From the NCBI GenBank assembly GCA_035496575.1, contig DATJEN010000195.1:511-64510 (forward strand): DNA of 64,000 nucleotides, in the 5' to 3' direction. The DNA is from Pirellulales bacterium (GTDB lineage Bacteria > Planctomycetota > Planctomycetia > Pirellulales > PALSA-1355). Positions 62,639 through 64,000 of this stretch are shown one piece after another. A model generated the notes under the pieces. The model was not told the origin of the DNA and searched no databases. It saw only the letters and a list, made by a program, of their open reading frames with translations. Each line of letters starts with the position of its first letter. Position 1 is the stretch's first letter. A program made the position numbers and the translations under genes.

Positions 62639-64000
62639 ATGCGTGCGTTTCTTGTGGCGTTTTTGGTCAGCGTTGTGTCGGCAGGCGTCGTTCGCGCGGA
62701 GCAACCCGCCGCGACGCCCGATTTCAATCGAGACGTCGCCCCGCTATTTAAAAAATACTGCGAGGCCTGTCACAATCCGACCGACCGCGAAGGCAAGCTC
62801 GTTCTGGCGGATCATGCCGCGGTGCTCAAAGGCGGAGAGCATGGGCCAGCCGTCGTGCCCGGCAAGGCCGACGAGAGCCGGCTCATCCAGGCCCTGACCG
62901 GCAAAGCCGAGCCCGCCATGCCGCCCGAAGGCAGCGACAAGCCCGAAGCAAAAGAGATCGCGATCATTGCCGCCTGGATCAACGCGGGCGCGAAGCCTTC
63001 GACAGGCCCTCCGCCAGGGCCGGCCGAGCTCGTCACGCCCAAAATCGCTCCGCGTGGCCCGGTGCGCGAAGCGATCACTGCCCTGGCATTTGCGCCCGAT
63101 GGAAAGTCACTGGCCGTCGCTCGGCACGACTGGGTCGAGCTGCTGTCCATTCCCGAAAGGTCGCTGATCCGTTCGCTTGGGCCCCATCGCGGCCGCATAA
63201 CCGCGGTCACCTTTACGAAAGATGGCGCTCAGTTGGTCGCGGCTGGCGGCGAGCCCGGCGTCTTCGGTGAAGTCCGGCTGTGGAATGTCGCCGAAGGCAA
63301 GCTGATTCGCACCTTCGCGGGACACGTGGATAGTCTGTATGCAGCGGCCCTCAGTCCTGACAGCCAATCGCTCGCCACGGCTGGATACGACCAGCAGATC
63401 AAATTGTGGAATGTGGCCGACGGTAAAGAGCTGCGCGCTTTCAATGGCCACAACGATGCCGTGTTCGACCTTGCCTTTCGCCCGGACGGTAAGGTGCTGG
63501 CGAGCGCCAGCGGCGATCGCACCGTCAAGTTGTGGGACGTGGCGTCCGGCAGCCGGCTGGATACGCTGGGACAACCGCTCAAAGAGGTTTACTGTGTCGC
63601 GTTCAGCCCCGATGGCAAGCGTATCGCGGCGGGCGGCGTCGACAATCGCATCCGCGTATGGCAAGTCAGCGCGGATGCGAAGGAAAACACGAATCCGATT
63701 TTCATCTCGCGTTTTGCTCATGAGGGCGCGGTCGCTCGGCTAGCGTATTCCGCGGATGGAAAGACGCTGGTCTCAGCCGCCGAGGATCGCACCATCAAGC
63801 TGTGGGACCCCGAGACTATGAAGGAGCGCGTGGAGCTCGAGCGTCAAAGCGATTGGAGCGCGGGTCTGGCGCTCAGTCCGGATAGCAAGACCATGGCCGT
63901 GGGCCGGCTCGACGGAACGCTCGGTTTCTACGACGCCAGCACCGGCGCGGCGCTGCCAACGCCACCCCCGGCGAAACCGCTGCTGACGGCCGTTTCCAAG
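62639..64000 (+). CDS. planctomycete cytochrome-c domain (PSCyt1, CxxCH) protein with WD40 repeats, truncated by the window edge
   Basis: Not in the ORF track because it has no stop. Hand translation from the ATG at 62639 gives MRAFLVAFLVSVVSAGVVRAEQ (signal) and FNRDVAPLFKKYCEACHN...GKLVL (PSCyt1). At least six WD40 units follow, ending in LWNV/LWDV/VWQV/LWDP. The frame stays open to 64000 (454 codons). Confidence 0.85.
   Translation, partial: MRAFLVAFLVSVVSAGVVRAEQPAATPDFNRDVAPLFKKYCEACHNPTDREGKLVLADHAAVLKGGEHGPAVVPGKADESRLIQALTGKAEPAMPPEGSDKPEAKEIAIIAAWINAGAKPSTGPPPGPAELVTPKIAPRGPVREAITALAFAPDGKSLAVARHDWVELLSIPERSLIRSLGPHRGRITAVTFTKDGAQLVAAGGEPGVFGEVRLWNVAEGKLIRTFAGHVDSLYAAALSPDSQSLATAGYDQQIKLWNVADGKELRAFNGHNDAVFDLAFRPDGKVLASASGDRTVKLWDVASGSRLDTLGQPLKEVYCVAFSPDGKRIAAGGVDNRIRVWQVSADAKENTNPIFISRFAHEGAVARLAYSADGKTLVSAAEDRTIKLWDPETMKERVELERQSDWSAGLALSPDSKTMAVGRLDGTLGFYDASTGAALPTPPPAKPLLTAVSK

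Noticed and set aside
1-64000. CRISPR arrays, rRNA genes, IS elements/transposases, integrases, and restriction-modification or other known defence genes
   Set aside because: No regularly spaced short repeats were seen. None of the credible ORFs shows transposase, integrase, Cas, methylase or nuclease-helicase motifs.

Overview
High-GC (about 60-70% by eye) bacterial chromosome segment. It very likely comes from a Planctomycetota (Pirellulales-like) genome. The taxon call is inferred from family content: a DUF1501 / DUF1549-DUF1553 / PSCyt-WD40 gene triad, DUF1570, a PEP-CTERM protein, Tat-signal Gfo/Idh/MocA oxidoreductases and a TPR-GT41 protein.

Most of the window is ordinary housekeeping: ptsI, a CPA2 antiporter, an M16 peptidase, trmL, HtrA, thiL, tsaE, hslVU, rfbAB, amt, sodC, a lactate-oxidase-like enzyme, fabF/ACP, a HemQ-like protein and the prkA-yeaH-spoVR stress module.

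The accessory-looking part lies at about 4.6-10.7 kb.
- It holds a cluster of tRNA genes and tRNA relics: a tRNA-Cys-like gene, a decayed tRNA-like element, a 3' fragment of tRNA-Lys and an intact tRNA-Lys.
- A perfect 48-bp direct repeat of the tRNA-Lys 3' half brackets a 2.4-kb islet with no integrase. The islet carries a lysine-rich histone-like protein, a PEP-CTERM protein, a Nif11-like peptide and rpsU.
- Immediately beyond the tRNA-Lys sits a polymorphic-toxin-like gene. It has a frameshifted 31-aa tandem repeat at its 5' end, a Gly/Ala-rich central region, a Pro-rich linker, an xHH (SHH) HNH/EndoVII-like C-terminal module inside a sharp GC trough, and an immunity-like domain fused in frame.

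I rank the toxin locus as the most interesting candidate. No CRISPR array, rRNA, transposase or integrase was seen. The ORF track uses ATG, GTG and TTG as starts and always reports the longest ORF. Many starts were therefore trimmed by hand, and many long ORFs antisense to real genes were discarded.
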